A stretch of 64,000 nucleotides of DNA from a virus (IMGVR_UViG_3300032240_001531:15409-79408); one strand, 5' to 3'; positions 9,211-19,733 are shown, numbered from the stretch's first letter. A program made the numbers and translations. The notes: generated by a model not told the origin, from the letters alone.

Positions 9211-9533
9211 GCGTAGAATTTGTAGCGTATTCTAAAAAGGCTTTTACGGGAATAAACAAAGACCTTACTAAGTTATTAAAGATAGACGCTGAAAACGCAG
9301 AGTGGCCAAGAAACATATCTTCTCAACTTAAAGTTGAAATAAAAGATTTAAAAATCATTGTTTATTATCCTGAACGATATACCCAGCAAATTGATGACTT
9401 AGAGTATGGCGACGGTATTGAGAGCCCTAAGCCTATATTTAGAAGATTTGTTACTAAAAACATGAACTTCATTGCTAAGGACTTAGCTGGTTCATCCCTA
9501 GACTATTTAACTGAACAGGGGATAATTCCGTGA
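9207..9533 (+). CDS. Probable tail completion/neck protein
   Basis: 108 aa with LEYG...PKPIFR motif as in HK97 gp10-like proteins; synteny. Confidence 0.5.
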   Translation: MSVEFVAYSKKAFTGINKDLTKLLKIDAENAEWPRNISSQLKVEIKDLKIIVYYPERYTQQIDDLEYGDGIESPKPIFRRFVTKNMNFIAKDLAGSSLDYLTEQGIIP

Positions 9534-10147
9534 GTTTTATCCTAAGTGAAGATTTAGCTCTTAAAACCCTGCTTACTGGGATTGTAGTAGCGGATGACAA
9601 AAATGCTACCCGTTCAGTTGGCGTATGGTTTTCTAACCCAGATTTAGAGTCTAGAGCCCAAAGTTACCCTTATATTACTATTGAGTTATTAGACTTTGAC
9701 CCAGCCACTTACCGCCAGCACTCTGGGGTATTTCAAGATAATGACTTACAGGGCACAATTGCTCCTAGCGGTAATATTGTTTATAGCTATGAAATTCCTG
9801 TGGCTTGGGATTTAATGTACCAGATTACTACTTATTCCCGCCATCCTAGGCATGATAGGGCTATTATTGCCTATCTGTTAAATAAGGTTTTTATATCAAA
9901 ACGCGGCTATTTAGCGGTTCCTAATGACTTAGCGACCGAGACATCTTATAGGCATTTGATATTAGAAGAGTTCACAAAACGTGATACCATTGAAGATAAC
10001 CGCCGGTTATACCGAAATGTATTCACCGTGACCGTGAGTAGCGAAGGAACCGCAGCTACATACACAACAGTTACAAATACAGTATCCACTGTAAATATAA
10101 ATAAATCAACAACAGCCGACATCCCATCTGGACAACAACCCGTTTAA
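9530..10147 (+). CDS. Probable tail terminator / sheath stabiliser
   Basis: 205 aa, YPYITI motif, directly upstream of sheath. Confidence 0.55.
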   Translation: MSFILSEDLALKTLLTGIVVADDKNATRSVGVWFSNPDLESRAQSYPYITIELLDFDPATYRQHSGVFQDNDLQGTIAPSGNIVYSYEIPVAWDLMYQITTYSRHPRHDRAIIAYLLNKVFISKRGYLAVPNDLATETSYRHLILEEFTKRDTIEDNRRLYRNVFTVTVSSEGTAATYTTVTNTVSTVNINKSTTADIPSGQQPV

Positions 10148-10186
10148 TATTTGTTTACCCTCAACTAACCTCAAGGAGAAAATCTT

Positions 10187-12913
10187 ATGGCGACTTATAA
10201 CCGCCCCGGAGTATACCTAGAAGAAGTCGCTTCTTCTGTAGCGCTGTCCTCTACCCCTACTGCCACAGTAGCTACTTTTATGGGCTATTTTGCAAAAGGC
10301 CCACTTGACGCCACTCTAGTGTCTTCATGGAGCCAGTTCACATCTCTGTATGGTGATATTTTGGCTAACTCTACAGACGCAGATGCTGCAACTGCTGTTT
10401 ATCTATTTTTTGCTAATGGTGGAAGCCAGTGTTATATTCAGCGTGTAGTAGTTACTACAATTGCTGTTTCAGGTTCTGCTACTTCAAATAGCGCTACGTT
10501 AACTATTGCCGCTGCTTCTGGTCTTCCTACATCGGATGGAACTACCGCGGGCACAATTACTTCTGCAAATGCTGTTGGCGCAACTATTACTGGTAATGGT
10601 ATTTCAGCAGGAACTATTATTACCGTGGTAGCTGGTACAACTTTGACTTTAAGCAAAAATGCTACTGTTCCAGCAGGAACTACGCTTACAGTTACAAGCA
10701 CTATAGCTTCTTCTGTGAAGATTAAGGGAAATACTACAGTTGCTGTTGGTCTTCAGACTCCAGTAACCAGCGGAACTAGCGTAACTCTTACTACAGGTAC
10801 TGGTTACCCTACTGGTACCCCTACCCCTACATATTCTGCCCCAAACAGTTCTATTGGAATTAGCGCAATTACCGGTTTAACTGTTGGTACAGTAGTTACT
10901 ATTTCTGGTGTTACTCCAGCCGGTTATAACGGTACTTGGACCGCACAGACTGGTACAACTACCACATCTTTGGTAATTAACACAGGTGCAAACTTAGGTG
11001 CGATTACTGTTGCCGGTAACATTGTGGTTAACACAGCGCACAATATAAAGGTTGGACAAACTGTTGTGGTAGCAGGTGCTGTTCCTTCTACTTACAATGG
11101 TACATTCGTAGTAACAGCTGTGCCAACTACTTCTTCATTCACGGTTACAAATGTTCAGTCACCTTCTGCAATTATTACTACTGCGGGCACGGCTACTTCA
11201 CAAAGCGGTACAGATGAGCTTACACTAACCGCTAAGACCCCTGGTTTATGGACTAATGGTCTTTATTATGAAATTTCAAATTCTACCTCAAACACATCAT
11301 ATCCTGGTAAGTATTTTAACTTGGCTATTTATTCGGGTGGAACTTCTGCTGGTTACATTGTAGAACGTTTTAGCGATCTTACATTACTTGCAACAGAATC
11401 ATCATATGCACCTACTATTATTAACGCTTCGTCTAACTACGTAATTGCTACTGATTCTAACGCAGCTAACCACACCGCAGTTAACTTTGCTACTACAAAT
11501 ACTCCTGTTACAACAGCGTTAGTATCTCAAACAGCTACTTCAACGGGCGCACTTGGTGCAAGCACTTTGGTTAACTTAACTAGCACTAGCTCTAGCATTA
11601 ATGCGGGTATGAACGTTGCTGGTAATGGTATTACTTCTGGAACTACTGTTTCTAGTTATGGTGTTGCTGCGGTTATTATTGCGCAAACTGTTAGCTATTC
11701 TGCTCCAAACATTACATTGTCTACTGCTAGCAATCACAATATTGCTGTAGGTGCAACTGTAGTTGTTTCTGGCGTTACTCCAACAGGTTACAATGGCACT
11801 TGGACAGCTCAAACCGGTACGACTGGTACAACATTGGTAATTAACGTGGGGTCAAACCCAGGTGCAATTACTGCCCTTGGAACAGTTACTTCTAATACTG
11901 CGGTTTTAAGCGCATCAATGACGGTACCTGCAAACACTTCTTTAACATTTACAAATGTCGCCCTTACCGGTGGTAGCGATGGTTCTACTGTAACCAACAC
12001 TGCTGTAGCAGCTACTAGTGCTACTGCAAAGTTGGATGCCATTAACCAGCCTATTTTGCTAAATGCTTCTGGTGTTACTGAAGCAGCTAACGTAAACGCG
12101 CTTCTTACATACGCGTATAACCGCGGTGATGTTTTTGTAATCATTGACCCTACACAAGCTACTCTAGATGTGACAAGCCAACTTACTTTGGCTAACTCAT
12201 ACACAGGCGGTTCTGCGGGTGCTGCGGCTCTTGGTTATGGTGCGGTTTACTATCCCAACCTAACAATTCCAAACCCTACATCTAGCAGCCCTGGCGCAAT
12301 TACTACCGCCTATCCTGGTGGAGCAATTGCTGCTAAGTATGCTACAACTGATAGTTCACGTGGTGTCTTTAAGTCACCTGCTGGTCTAGAAGCTCGTTTG
12401 TCTGGTGTTGTATCAGTCACTACTTTGACAAATAACGAATTAGATTACTTAAACAACGGAACAACTAACCCTAGTACGTTTGCTACCGCCACTCCTGTAA
12501 ACGCTATTCGTTATATACCAGGTTCTGGAATTGTAGTTATGGGTGCTCGTACACTTAGCAGCACATACAATAACCGCTATATTTCAGTTCGTAGAAGCCT
12601 TATTTACTTACGTAAGACTCTTACAGACGCAACAGCTTTTGCTTTATTTGAGTCAAACGATGAACGCCTATGGAACCGTCTTCAGACCACTTGTGAAGCG
12701 ATTCTAATTAACTTCTGGCAATCTGGAGGTTTAAAAGGAACTACAGCATTAGACGCTTTCTACGTAAAATCCGATAGCTCCATCAACACCGTACCTAGCA
12801 TTGCTGCTGGTGAGGTTCACTTAGAAATCGGTGTAGCACTTCAGCGCCCTGCTGAATTTGTGGTAATCCGTATTAGCCAGTACGACAGTGGTTCTGTTGT
12901 AACAGTCCTGTAG
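10187..12913 (+). CDS. Contractile tail sheath protein with large inserted domains
   Basis: RPGVYLEE, FFANGG, RGVFKSPAG, GARTL, YISVRR, PAEFVVIRI sheath motifs. Confidence 0.95.
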   Translation: MATYNRPGVYLEEVASSVALSSTPTATVATFMGYFAKGPLDATLVSSWSQFTSLYGDILANSTDADAATAVYLFFANGGSQCYIQRVVVTTIAVSGSATSNSATLTIAAASGLPTSDGTTAGTITSANAVGATITGNGISAGTIITVVAGTTLTLSKNATVPAGTTLTVTSTIASSVKIKGNTTVAVGLQTPVTSGTSVTLTTGTGYPTGTPTPTYSAPNSSIGISAITGLTVGTVVTISGVTPAGYNGTWTAQTGTTTTSLVINTGANLGAITVAGNIVVNTAHNIKVGQTVVVAGAVPSTYNGTFVVTAVPTTSSFTVTNVQSPSAIITTAGTATSQSGTDELTLTAKTPGLWTNGLYYEISNSTSNTSYPGKYFNLAIYSGGTSAGYIVERFSDLTLLATESSYAPTIINASSNYVIATDSNAANHTAVNFATTNTPVTTALVSQTATSTGALGASTLVNLTSTSSSINAGMNVAGNGITSGTTVSSYGVAAVIIAQTVSYSAPNITLSTASNHNIAVGATVVVSGVTPTGYNGTWTAQTGTTGTTLVINVGSNPGAITALGTVTSNTAVLSASMTVPANTSLTFTNVALTGGSDGSTVTNTAVAATSATAKLDAINQPILLNASGVTEAANVNALLTYAYNRGDVFVIIDPTQATLDVTSQLTLANSYTGGSAGAAALGYGAVYYPNLTIPNPTSSSPGAITTAYPGGAIAAKYATTDSSRGVFKSPAGLEARLSGVVSVTTLTNNELDYLNNGTTNPSTFATATPVNAIRYIPGSGIVVMGARTLSSTYNNRYISVRRSLIYLRKTLTDATAFALFESNDERLWNRLQTTCEAILINFWQSGGLKGTTALDAFYVKSDSSINTVPSIAAGEVHLEIGVALQRPAEFVVIRISQYDSGSVVTVL

Positions 12914-12925
12914 GAGGAAAAATAA

Positions 12926-13555
12926 ATGGCACAGAGCGCAATTTCACGCTTTTCAAAACTACAAACTGACCCTTTAAGAAACTTTAGGTTCATTGTTGAT
13001 TTCCGTATAAATGGAGATACTGGTGTACCAGGTTCATCTGCTGCCGGTGTAAACAGCTTCTTGAAGTTCAAGGGTGGGTTTACATCTGTATCAGGTCTAG
13101 GTATGACTATTGATGGAATTAGCTATCGTGAAGGTGGTATGAATACATCTCTACACCAACTTCCTGGTCGCGTAACTTTCCAGCCAATCACTCTTTCACG
13201 CGGTGTAATCTTAGGCCAGAGCGAAGGTATTAACTGGTTTAAACAGTTGTTTGCTGCTAGCTCTGGTGAAGGTATTGCTGGAGTAGATGGTTCATCATTC
13301 CGCTGTGATATGGATATCTACGTACTAGACCACCCAGCTACTGGTGCTCCTGCTATTAGCGCCTCAGACATCATTAATAAGTCTTCTTACAAGATGAAGT
13401 TTATTGTGCACAACGCGTGGATTTCAGGCCTTAGCTATTCAGACCTAAGCGCTTCTGACAACTCATTGATGTATGAAACTATGACTTTGGTTCACGAAGG
13501 TCTATCAGTTCAGCTAGCTAACTTTGGTTCAAACGTATCAGCTACACTAACGTAA
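12926..13555 (+). CDS. Tail tube protein (T4 gp19-like)
   Basis: DPLRNFRF, GFTSVSGL, YREGG, PITLSRG, ETMTLVHEG. Confidence 0.9.
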   Translation: MAQSAISRFSKLQTDPLRNFRFIVDFRINGDTGVPGSSAAGVNSFLKFKGGFTSVSGLGMTIDGISYREGGMNTSLHQLPGRVTFQPITLSRGVILGQSEGINWFKQLFAASSGEGIAGVDGSSFRCDMDIYVLDHPATGAPAISASDIINKSSYKMKFIVHNAWISGLSYSDLSASDNSLMYETMTLVHEGLSVQLANFGSNVSATLT

Positions 13556-13605
13556 TTTAACATTTAAAATCTGATAAAATAGCTATATCTAATTAGGAGT
13601 ACAAC

Positions 13606-14406
13606 ATGGCAAACAATATCTCTAACGACCCAAACCTTATTTCCCAGTACGCACAGGATTTGGAAAAAGGTCCAGAGTCCGAAATTAAAACCGTTGCACC
13701 GTCAAACTCGAATGTAATTCTTCCGGGTGGGTTCTTGGCTAAGGATGGTTCTTTGATTAAATATGGTGAAGTTCGTGAGTTAAACGGCATGGATGAAGAA
13801 GCTGTATCAAAGGCTGGTTCTGCCGGTAAGGCGCTTGCTGCAATGTTGCAGCGAGGCGTAATTTCTATTGGAGCTAACGCAGTAGATAAGGCAGACCTTG
13901 ACCAATTATTGAGCGGTGACCGAGACGCTTTGTTGATCGGTATTCGTCGAGTTACTTTTGGCGATACCGTTGACTATGAGTTCCCTTGCCCACACTGTAA
14001 CACTGATTTAGAAGTAGCTGTTGATTTGGTTAAAGATGTCCCTGTCAGGGAGCTTGAAGACCCAATCAATGACAGAACTTTTACATACATGTCTAAAAAA
14101 CATGGAGCAATCGTAGTAGGTCTTCCTACTGGGGCTGCTCAAAAGAAACTTGTTGAAAACTCTGATAAGACAAATTCAGAGCTCAACACCATCTTACTCG
14201 CTTCATGTCTCAAATCAATAAACGGTGAGCCATCATTAGGTGCTAGCACTGCCCTTACATTAGGTATGGCTGACCGTGACGGTGTGATTAATGAAATTAT
14301 TAAGCGTAACCCGGGCCCACGCCTCGGGGAGGTGAAGACGACTTGCGAGGCTTGTGGTGAGGATATTCCTCTTCCACTGTCGTTAGCTGACTTGTTTCGT
14401 CTATAA
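13606..14406 (+). CDS. Tail assembly chaperone / baseplate hub assembly protein (T4 gp26-like)
   Basis: VRELNGMDEE, GDRDALLIGIRRVTFG, two CxxC pairs; lies between tube and tape measure. Confidence 0.75.
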   Translation: MANNISNDPNLISQYAQDLEKGPESEIKTVAPSNSNVILPGGFLAKDGSLIKYGEVRELNGMDEEAVSKAGSAGKALAAMLQRGVISIGANAVDKADLDQLLSGDRDALLIGIRRVTFGDTVDYEFPCPHCNTDLEVAVDLVKDVPVRELEDPINDRTFTYMSKKHGAIVVGLPTGAAQKKLVENSDKTNSELNTILLASCLKSINGEPSLGASTALTLGMADRDGVINEIIKRNPGPRLGEVKTTCEACGEDIPLPLSLADLFRL

Positions 14407-14542
14407 AGAAAAAGATTACGAACAACTACTCGACCAATATGAAGCACTATCTAGAACATTTCCCGGCTGGACGCTGTCTGACATCAGAAGTTTGTCCGTA
14501 AGAGAACGTAGAAATTGGCTGTCTAGGGCAGCCCGTAAATAA
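14387..14542 (+). CDS. Start-less +1-frame ORF, chaperone C-terminal extension (gpGT / T4 gp51-like)
   Basis: YEQLLDQYEALSRTFPGWTLSDIRSLSVRERRNWL; no ATG/GTG start; overlaps TTT CGT at the end of the upstream ORF. Confidence 0.7.
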   Translation: MTCFVYKEKDYEQLLDQYEALSRTFPGWTLSDIRSLSVRERRNWLSRAARK

Positions 14543-14551
14543 AGGTAGAAC

Positions 14552-16738
14552 ATGGCGGCGAGTGTAAAAAGCTCTTTTGGTTTAGGCGGAGGTACATCTA
14601 AAACCCGCCTAGTCGCTGACCTTAACGACGAATATAAAAAGCTTAATATTACCCTTAAAGAAACTGAAAAGTTATCTAAAAGCATTGCTGGTAATTTACA
14701 AAACTCTGGTAAAAAACGTCGTGGTGGCGGTGCTTCTTCCATGTCGGAACCTAGTGAACCGCCAGAGCCAGGAGAGCCGGGTGGACCAGGCGGTCCGGGT
14801 GGAGGGCCGCGAGGCGCTAGTGCCTCTGGTTCTAATGCAGGTAGTTGGGCTTCTGCCGTAAAAACAATGGCAGGTGCAGCAGTTACTGCCCTTGCTACGG
14901 GTGTTGATGGCGAGCAATATATAACCAACGATATAGCCCGTCGTCGTTTTGGTTTTTTTCAAGGGTCGTATAGTAGAAAAAATGACAATATTGGTACCAT
15001 AGGTGGCGGATTTGCGTTTGCTTCTATGTCCAGTCGCGGTACCCCTATTAGTGCTATGGATGCCGCTAATGCAACTATGGCCGGTAACTCTATGGGCCTT
15101 ATGTCTGGCCTTAAAAACTATAACACCATTATTAACAGCACAGCCGGTATCTCTAACGTAATGCCTGGTGTTGGCCTTGAAGGCGGTATGAATGCGCTAA
15201 GCGCCCTTAACCAAGGCTCAAGTATTAATAAGCTTCGTATGATTGGTATTAACGTACGCGACCAAAATGGTTTTATGCGTAATGTTGAGGATATTGCACG
15301 CGATCTTTGGCGTTCACTAAATGGAAGTAAATCTGGAACTGCGCGAATTACTGAAGCTGATTTGTCATACTCTTTGCAAGCAGGTAACTCAGTGGCCATG
15401 TTGCTTGACCAGTACTTTGGAACAGATGCTGTTCTTAAACAATCTATTATTTCTTACCTATTTCAATTTGCTAAAAATAATGGCGCAAAAGTTGGCGGCG
15501 GGTATCAAACTGAAGCGGGTAAAAAAGAACTTCTTACTACCGGTGCTAACCCGGGTATTACTCAAAGTATTGGTCGTAGAAATGCCGCAGGTAGTGCAAA
15601 CGTAAACGCTTATACTTCAGGTGGTGTTTTAGGTATTCAAGGCGCTAATGATTTAATTACAAGTTTTACTACAATGGCTACAGCAATGATGCCTTTAATG
15701 GAAAGTTTAGTTACAACAACCACGTTTAGCCAAACTCTAGGTGGAGCAAGTAATGGCACCGGAGGTATCCTTATTAAAGGACTTATTGATGCAGCTAAAG
15801 GTACCGTTGATGTTTCTCTGGAAGGCATTAAAGCAATTAAATATGTTGCTTTAGCCGCAGCAGTTGCTTTGGGTGTGGGAGCTATATCTAGAAACGTTAC
15901 GCAACAACGTGATGAGCAATGGTACAAGGACATTATGTCTGGTAAGAGCACTCCTGATAGCGGAACTTCTGCTTGGGCAGGTAGCGGTTGGGACGTAGGA
16001 ATTTTAGGTAGTTTGATGCTTAATCAAAACTACGACAACAGCTTGAATGGCACTAACGGAATGACCCCCAACGGAACTTCAGGTACGGGTGATAACGGAT
16101 TTCCTGGAGGAAGCCCTACTGGCGGGGGTGGCGGTGGAAGCACAATTATTCCTAAACCTAAAAAAGAAACTCATAACTCTTCCGAACGACGAAATCAAAA
16201 ACTTCATCCTAAAGGATTTAAACAGTCTAACGACAGCATTTTAGGGTGGGCTGGAAAAGTACTAAAAGGCATGGGCGCTCCGGTAACTAAATCAAATTTA
16301 GCTGCTATGGTATCTTGGATTCAAACCGAAAGTACCGGTAAAAATAATTATCAAACTTGGAATAACCCATTAAATACTACCCGCTCTGATGATAATTCTA
16401 TACCAGTAAATTATGCGGGATGGTCATTATCAAACCCAAATGGTGGTGTGCAAGAATTTGCTAATGAAGATGCCGGAATTGCGGCGACTATTGCAACTTT
16501 GCAACAGGATAATTTTAAAGATATTGCTACTGTGTTTAAAAAAGATAAAGGCATAGAAGCATTAAATGTAGCTGTAAAAGCCGACCAATGGGGTAGTCCA
16601 TCAATTACACCAGTAAAAAATATTACTATTAATGTTAATGGTGCTCAAGATACCGTAGGAATCGTAGAAGCTATTAAACAATATTTAGCTGATGAAGCAA
16701 TTAAAGATGAGGCTAGAGGCTCAGGAGGAGGACACTAA
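14552..16738 (+). CDS. Tape measure protein with C-terminal lysozyme-like domain
   Basis: 728 aa Gly/Ala-rich helical protein after the chaperone; C-terminal WIQTES...WNNPLNTT muralytic-like motif. Confidence 0.75.
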   Translation: MAASVKSSFGLGGGTSKTRLVADLNDEYKKLNITLKETEKLSKSIAGNLQNSGKKRRGGGASSMSEPSEPPEPGEPGGPGGPGGGPRGASASGSNAGSWASAVKTMAGAAVTALATGVDGEQYITNDIARRRFGFFQGSYSRKNDNIGTIGGGFAFASMSSRGTPISAMDAANATMAGNSMGLMSGLKNYNTIINSTAGISNVMPGVGLEGGMNALSALNQGSSINKLRMIGINVRDQNGFMRNVEDIARDLWRSLNGSKSGTARITEADLSYSLQAGNSVAMLLDQYFGTDAVLKQSIISYLFQFAKNNGAKVGGGYQTEAGKKELLTTGANPGITQSIGRRNAAGSANVNAYTSGGVLGIQGANDLITSFTTMATAMMPLMESLVTTTTFSQTLGGASNGTGGILIKGLIDAAKGTVDVSLEGIKAIKYVALAAAVALGVGAISRNVTQQRDEQWYKDIMSGKSTPDSGTSAWAGSGWDVGILGSLMLNQNYDNSLNGTNGMTPNGTSGTGDNGFPGGSPTGGGGGGSTIIPKPKKETHNSSERRNQKLHPKGFKQSNDSILGWAGKVLKGMGAPVTKSNLAAMVSWIQTESTGKNNYQTWNNPLNTTRSDDNSIPVNYAGWSLSNPNGGVQEFANEDAGIAATIATLQQDNFKDIATVFKKDKGIEALNVAVKADQWGSPSITPVKNITINVNGAQDTVGIVEAIKQYLADEAIKDEARGSGGGH

Positions 16739-18144
16739 TGGCGGGAAATACTAGCAGCTCAGCAAGCGCAAGGTCTATGGGCTACATTACAAGCACTAAT
16801 GCTAATAACACTATTGTAAACGTATATGTAGATAGTTCATCTTATGCTGTGGGTGATACCTCTACAACTATGTCAGCATCAGTTAATTATGAAGTTAGCC
16901 CTGGAATTACTACTTCTTTAAAGAAGAGCTATAAGTATGTTCCGACTGTGCCAAACGCGTCTGGCAAATTCTTTTTTGATTCAGTTACCCCTGGCTTATC
17001 TACTAAAGACGGAACATCTATTCAAACTATTGGTTCGCCTATTAAACTTACTAAAGGTAATGGGTCAATCACTCCTTCTATAACTTATGGAGATATTACA
17101 AAAGTAGTTCCTAGGTTTGACCAAAAAATAAACGCTACCTCTGACAATAAGTTTAATGTTAAAGTTCCCGTAGCTCCAGCAAATCCTGGGGAGTACCAGT
17201 GGAATTTGCCGCCACACAAATGGAGTATGCCTAGATTTGCTAGCTCAGACCCTAATAACATGCCTCCTGAAAACCACAAGCCTGCTTCAGATGACCGCTA
17301 TCGCAGAGGCCGTATTTGGTGGAGAGCCACAGACAATTCTTTGAGCACTATCGATGGCAACGGTAAAACTACAAAAATTGATAATGCTGACCGTAAGTAT
17401 GGCTTCCAGTTTTTGTGGAATCCTACAAGTTTTGGTACAAGCGTGTCTGTTCAAATGGATGCTACGCCAAACGTTAATGACCGTTTCCTAGGTCAAGTAG
17501 GCGCTTTCCCTGCTACTGAATCTATATCATTTACTATTGAAGTTAACCGTATAAATGACTTTGCTTGCGCAAACGCTATATTTAAACGCCCTGATAATAT
17601 TGGTAGTGCGCTAGGTAATCCTGGAACTAATAACTTTATTACAGAAGCTGATGTAGCTAAATTTGTTCCTTACTATTCAAACAACGGAAGTTTTACCGCA
17701 TCTTTGCTTAAAAATGGTCGTTTAAAAACTGTTGAAAAAAAGCTTGTTGACCTATTTCAACGCGGAACTTTAGCAGATATTGAATATTTATACACTGCTA
17801 TCAATGGTCCAGGTCCTGGAAGCACCGCAGCCGGTGGAGATTATTGGAAAAATGGTCGTGGTATAATTACTGCTGACATTGGTTTCTTAATGCCTACACT
17901 ATTAAATATTGATATAGGCCCATTATCTTATTTAGGTTACGTAACTAACATGGCTGTTACACATACTATGTTTACCCAAGATATGATTCCAATTCAAAGC
18001 ACAGTGCAAGTTGCGTTTAATCTACTGGCTACTGCTGGCCTTACTACTGCTAGTGTTAGTGCTGATATTAGCAATGCTGGTGGTTCTGGAGGCCAAGGTT
18101 ATTCTGGTGGCGGTAGCGGCGGCGGCGGCGGAGGAGGTATTTAA
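16738..18144 (+). CDS. Baseplate / tail tube initiator protein
   Basis: YGFQFLWNP...GYVTNMAVTHTMFTQDMIP tube-initiator-like motifs; synteny. Confidence 0.6.
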   Translation: MAGNTSSSASARSMGYITSTNANNTIVNVYVDSSSYAVGDTSTTMSASVNYEVSPGITTSLKKSYKYVPTVPNASGKFFFDSVTPGLSTKDGTSIQTIGSPIKLTKGNGSITPSITYGDITKVVPRFDQKINATSDNKFNVKVPVAPANPGEYQWNLPPHKWSMPRFASSDPNNMPPENHKPASDDRYRRGRIWWRATDNSLSTIDGNGKTTKIDNADRKYGFQFLWNPTSFGTSVSVQMDATPNVNDRFLGQVGAFPATESISFTIEVNRINDFACANAIFKRPDNIGSALGNPGTNNFITEADVAKFVPYYSNNGSFTASLLKNGRLKTVEKKLVDLFQRGTLADIEYLYTAINGPGPGSTAAGGDYWKNGRGIITADIGFLMPTLLNIDIGPLSYLGYVTNMAVTHTMFTQDMIPIQSTVQVAFNLLATAGLTTASVSADISNAGGSGGQGYSGGGSGGGGGGGI

Positions 18145-18145
18145 A

Positions 18146-18430
18146 ATGGCAGCACCATCTAATGATTCAAGGTACTACGATGCTACTGTAGATTACTTTG
18201 CTACAAAACCTAATGGCGAAAATGCGCCAGTCTTACTCTATGATTTTAGCGAGTTTGGTGCACTGAACTATATTGATTATGAATGGAAAAATGGGGACCG
18301 CTTAGATAATTTAGCCACTAAGTTTTTCTTGTTTCCTACTCGCTGGTGGATTATTGCTGAATTTAACCCTAAGATTTCAGACTGGTTGAACGTACCTGCC
18401 GGCACAAACATTAGGATTCCACGTGTCTAA
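18146..18430 (+). CDS. LysM-like baseplate wedge protein (gpX / gp53-like)
   Basis: GDRLDNLA...WWIIAEFNP...GTNIRIP; start moved to the ATG with GGAGG SD. Confidence 0.8.
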   Translation: MAAPSNDSRYYDATVDYFATKPNGENAPVLLYDFSEFGALNYIDYEWKNGDRLDNLATKFFLFPTRWWIIAEFNPKISDWLNVPAGTNIRIPRV

Positions 18431-19733
18431 TTACGTTACCGTTAACTTTCCAACTAGTGCTACACAACCTAAAAGAGTGTATAGAGTAAGTCTTACTCAA
18501 GAGATTTTTGCTCATGATTATGCAACTGTTGAATTTAGAGACTGGAACTTAGACCCGTTAAACATTAAACCTGGTTCTTTAATGATACTTACAATTAAAG
18601 GCAAAGACTACCACGGTTATGTGCATGATTTACAAGGTAGCCAATCTGCTACTAAAAGCTTTACAAAAGTAGGTTTTATTGGTGCATCATATGTTATGAA
18701 ACAGGCTAGCCAAAAGATTTATCAAAACATGTCTGCCGATCAAATAGTTGCGGAAATAGCAAAGAAATATAATTTTGCGTATAAAGTTACTCCGCATCCT
18801 CGTATATATTCTCAGGTAGCTCAAGCTGGTATGACTGACTGGGAGCTTATGGTGCGCCTTGCTAAACAGTCTGGTTACTTTTTAAGAGCTGAAAATACTG
18901 AAATTTACTTTCAACCACTTACTGAAGACTTTACTAATCTTATTACAGAAGCTGTAAGTTTTCAAAAAGCCGATGGTGGGTTTAAACCTACAAACCCTAT
19001 TTATTCATTTAAAACCGTTATTAGTGAAACTTTAAGACAGTTTGGGTTTAAAAAAGCGGCTACTTCAGTAGCTGGTGTAAATCCCGCTACCGGTCAAGAG
19101 TTTAAAATAACTACTCAAACTTCTTTTAATCCTAGCCGTCAATTCTCTAATCAAGAGTTTTTTGATGACCATGCTACTGATGTAGTTGCTAATGACTACC
19201 AGACCGCTAACCAATTAGCAAATGCTTCTGATGAATACAGTAGATTTCCTTATGCGGCTAAAGTACAAACCATTGGTGTGTCGTCTATGAGACCATGTTT
19301 ACCTGTGTATCTTAAGAATGTTGGGGCAGAATATTCTGGCTATTGGACAGTACTTAGTGTTACCCATGAAGTTGTAGAAGATAACTTAAATCAACAAATG
19401 TATACCTGTGAGTTAATGGTAGCGTCTGACTCTCTTGGTAGGGCATCTGACATTAGAATACCTGAAGTGCCTTCTGTCAACCCAACAAAAAGGCTTATAC
19501 CAAATCAAAGAAATACTAATGTTAAACCTAAAACTATTATAAATTTGCCTACAATTACTACTAAACGTTATCAGCAAACAGAACTTGTAACTAGAATTAA
19601 CCGAGCTGCTCAGACTGGTCCTTTCGTAGCTACTTCTCGTTGGGGTTCTACTCACCGTGATTTAAATTATAAAATAGTAGACGAACGTATGCCACAAGCT
19701 GTATGGGCAAAATTGAGGTCTAATGCAATCTGA
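18423..19733 (+). CDS. Baseplate hub protein (late control gpD / gp27-like)
   Basis: QAGMTDWELMVRLAKQSG motif; synteny. Confidence 0.75.
   Translation: MSNYVTVNFPTSATQPKRVYRVSLTQEIFAHDYATVEFRDWNLDPLNIKPGSLMILTIKGKDYHGYVHDLQGSQSATKSFTKVGFIGASYVMKQASQKIYQNMSADQIVAEIAKKYNFAYKVTPHPRIYSQVAQAGMTDWELMVRLAKQSGYFLRAENTEIYFQPLTEDFTNLITEAVSFQKADGGFKPTNPIYSFKTVISETLRQFGFKKAATSVAGVNPATGQEFKITTQTSFNPSRQFSNQEFFDDHATDVVANDYQTANQLANASDEYSRFPYAAKVQTIGVSSMRPCLPVYLKNVGAEYSGYWTVLSVTHEVVEDNLNQQMYTCELMVASDSLGRASDIRIPEVPSVNPTKRLIPNQRNTNVKPKTIINLPTITTKRYQQTELVTRINRAAQTGPFVATSRWGSTHRDLNYKIVDERMPQAVWAKLRSNAI

Noticed and set aside
10900-11830. Near-identical sheath repeats as a DGR template/variable pair
   Set aside because: Differences are mostly synonymous rather than adenine-specific, both copies are in-frame in one gene, and no reverse transcriptase is present
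14750-18140. GGC/GGA-rich runs in the tape measure and tube-initiator genes
   Set aside because: Explained by Gly/Pro linkers; no independent DNA-level pattern
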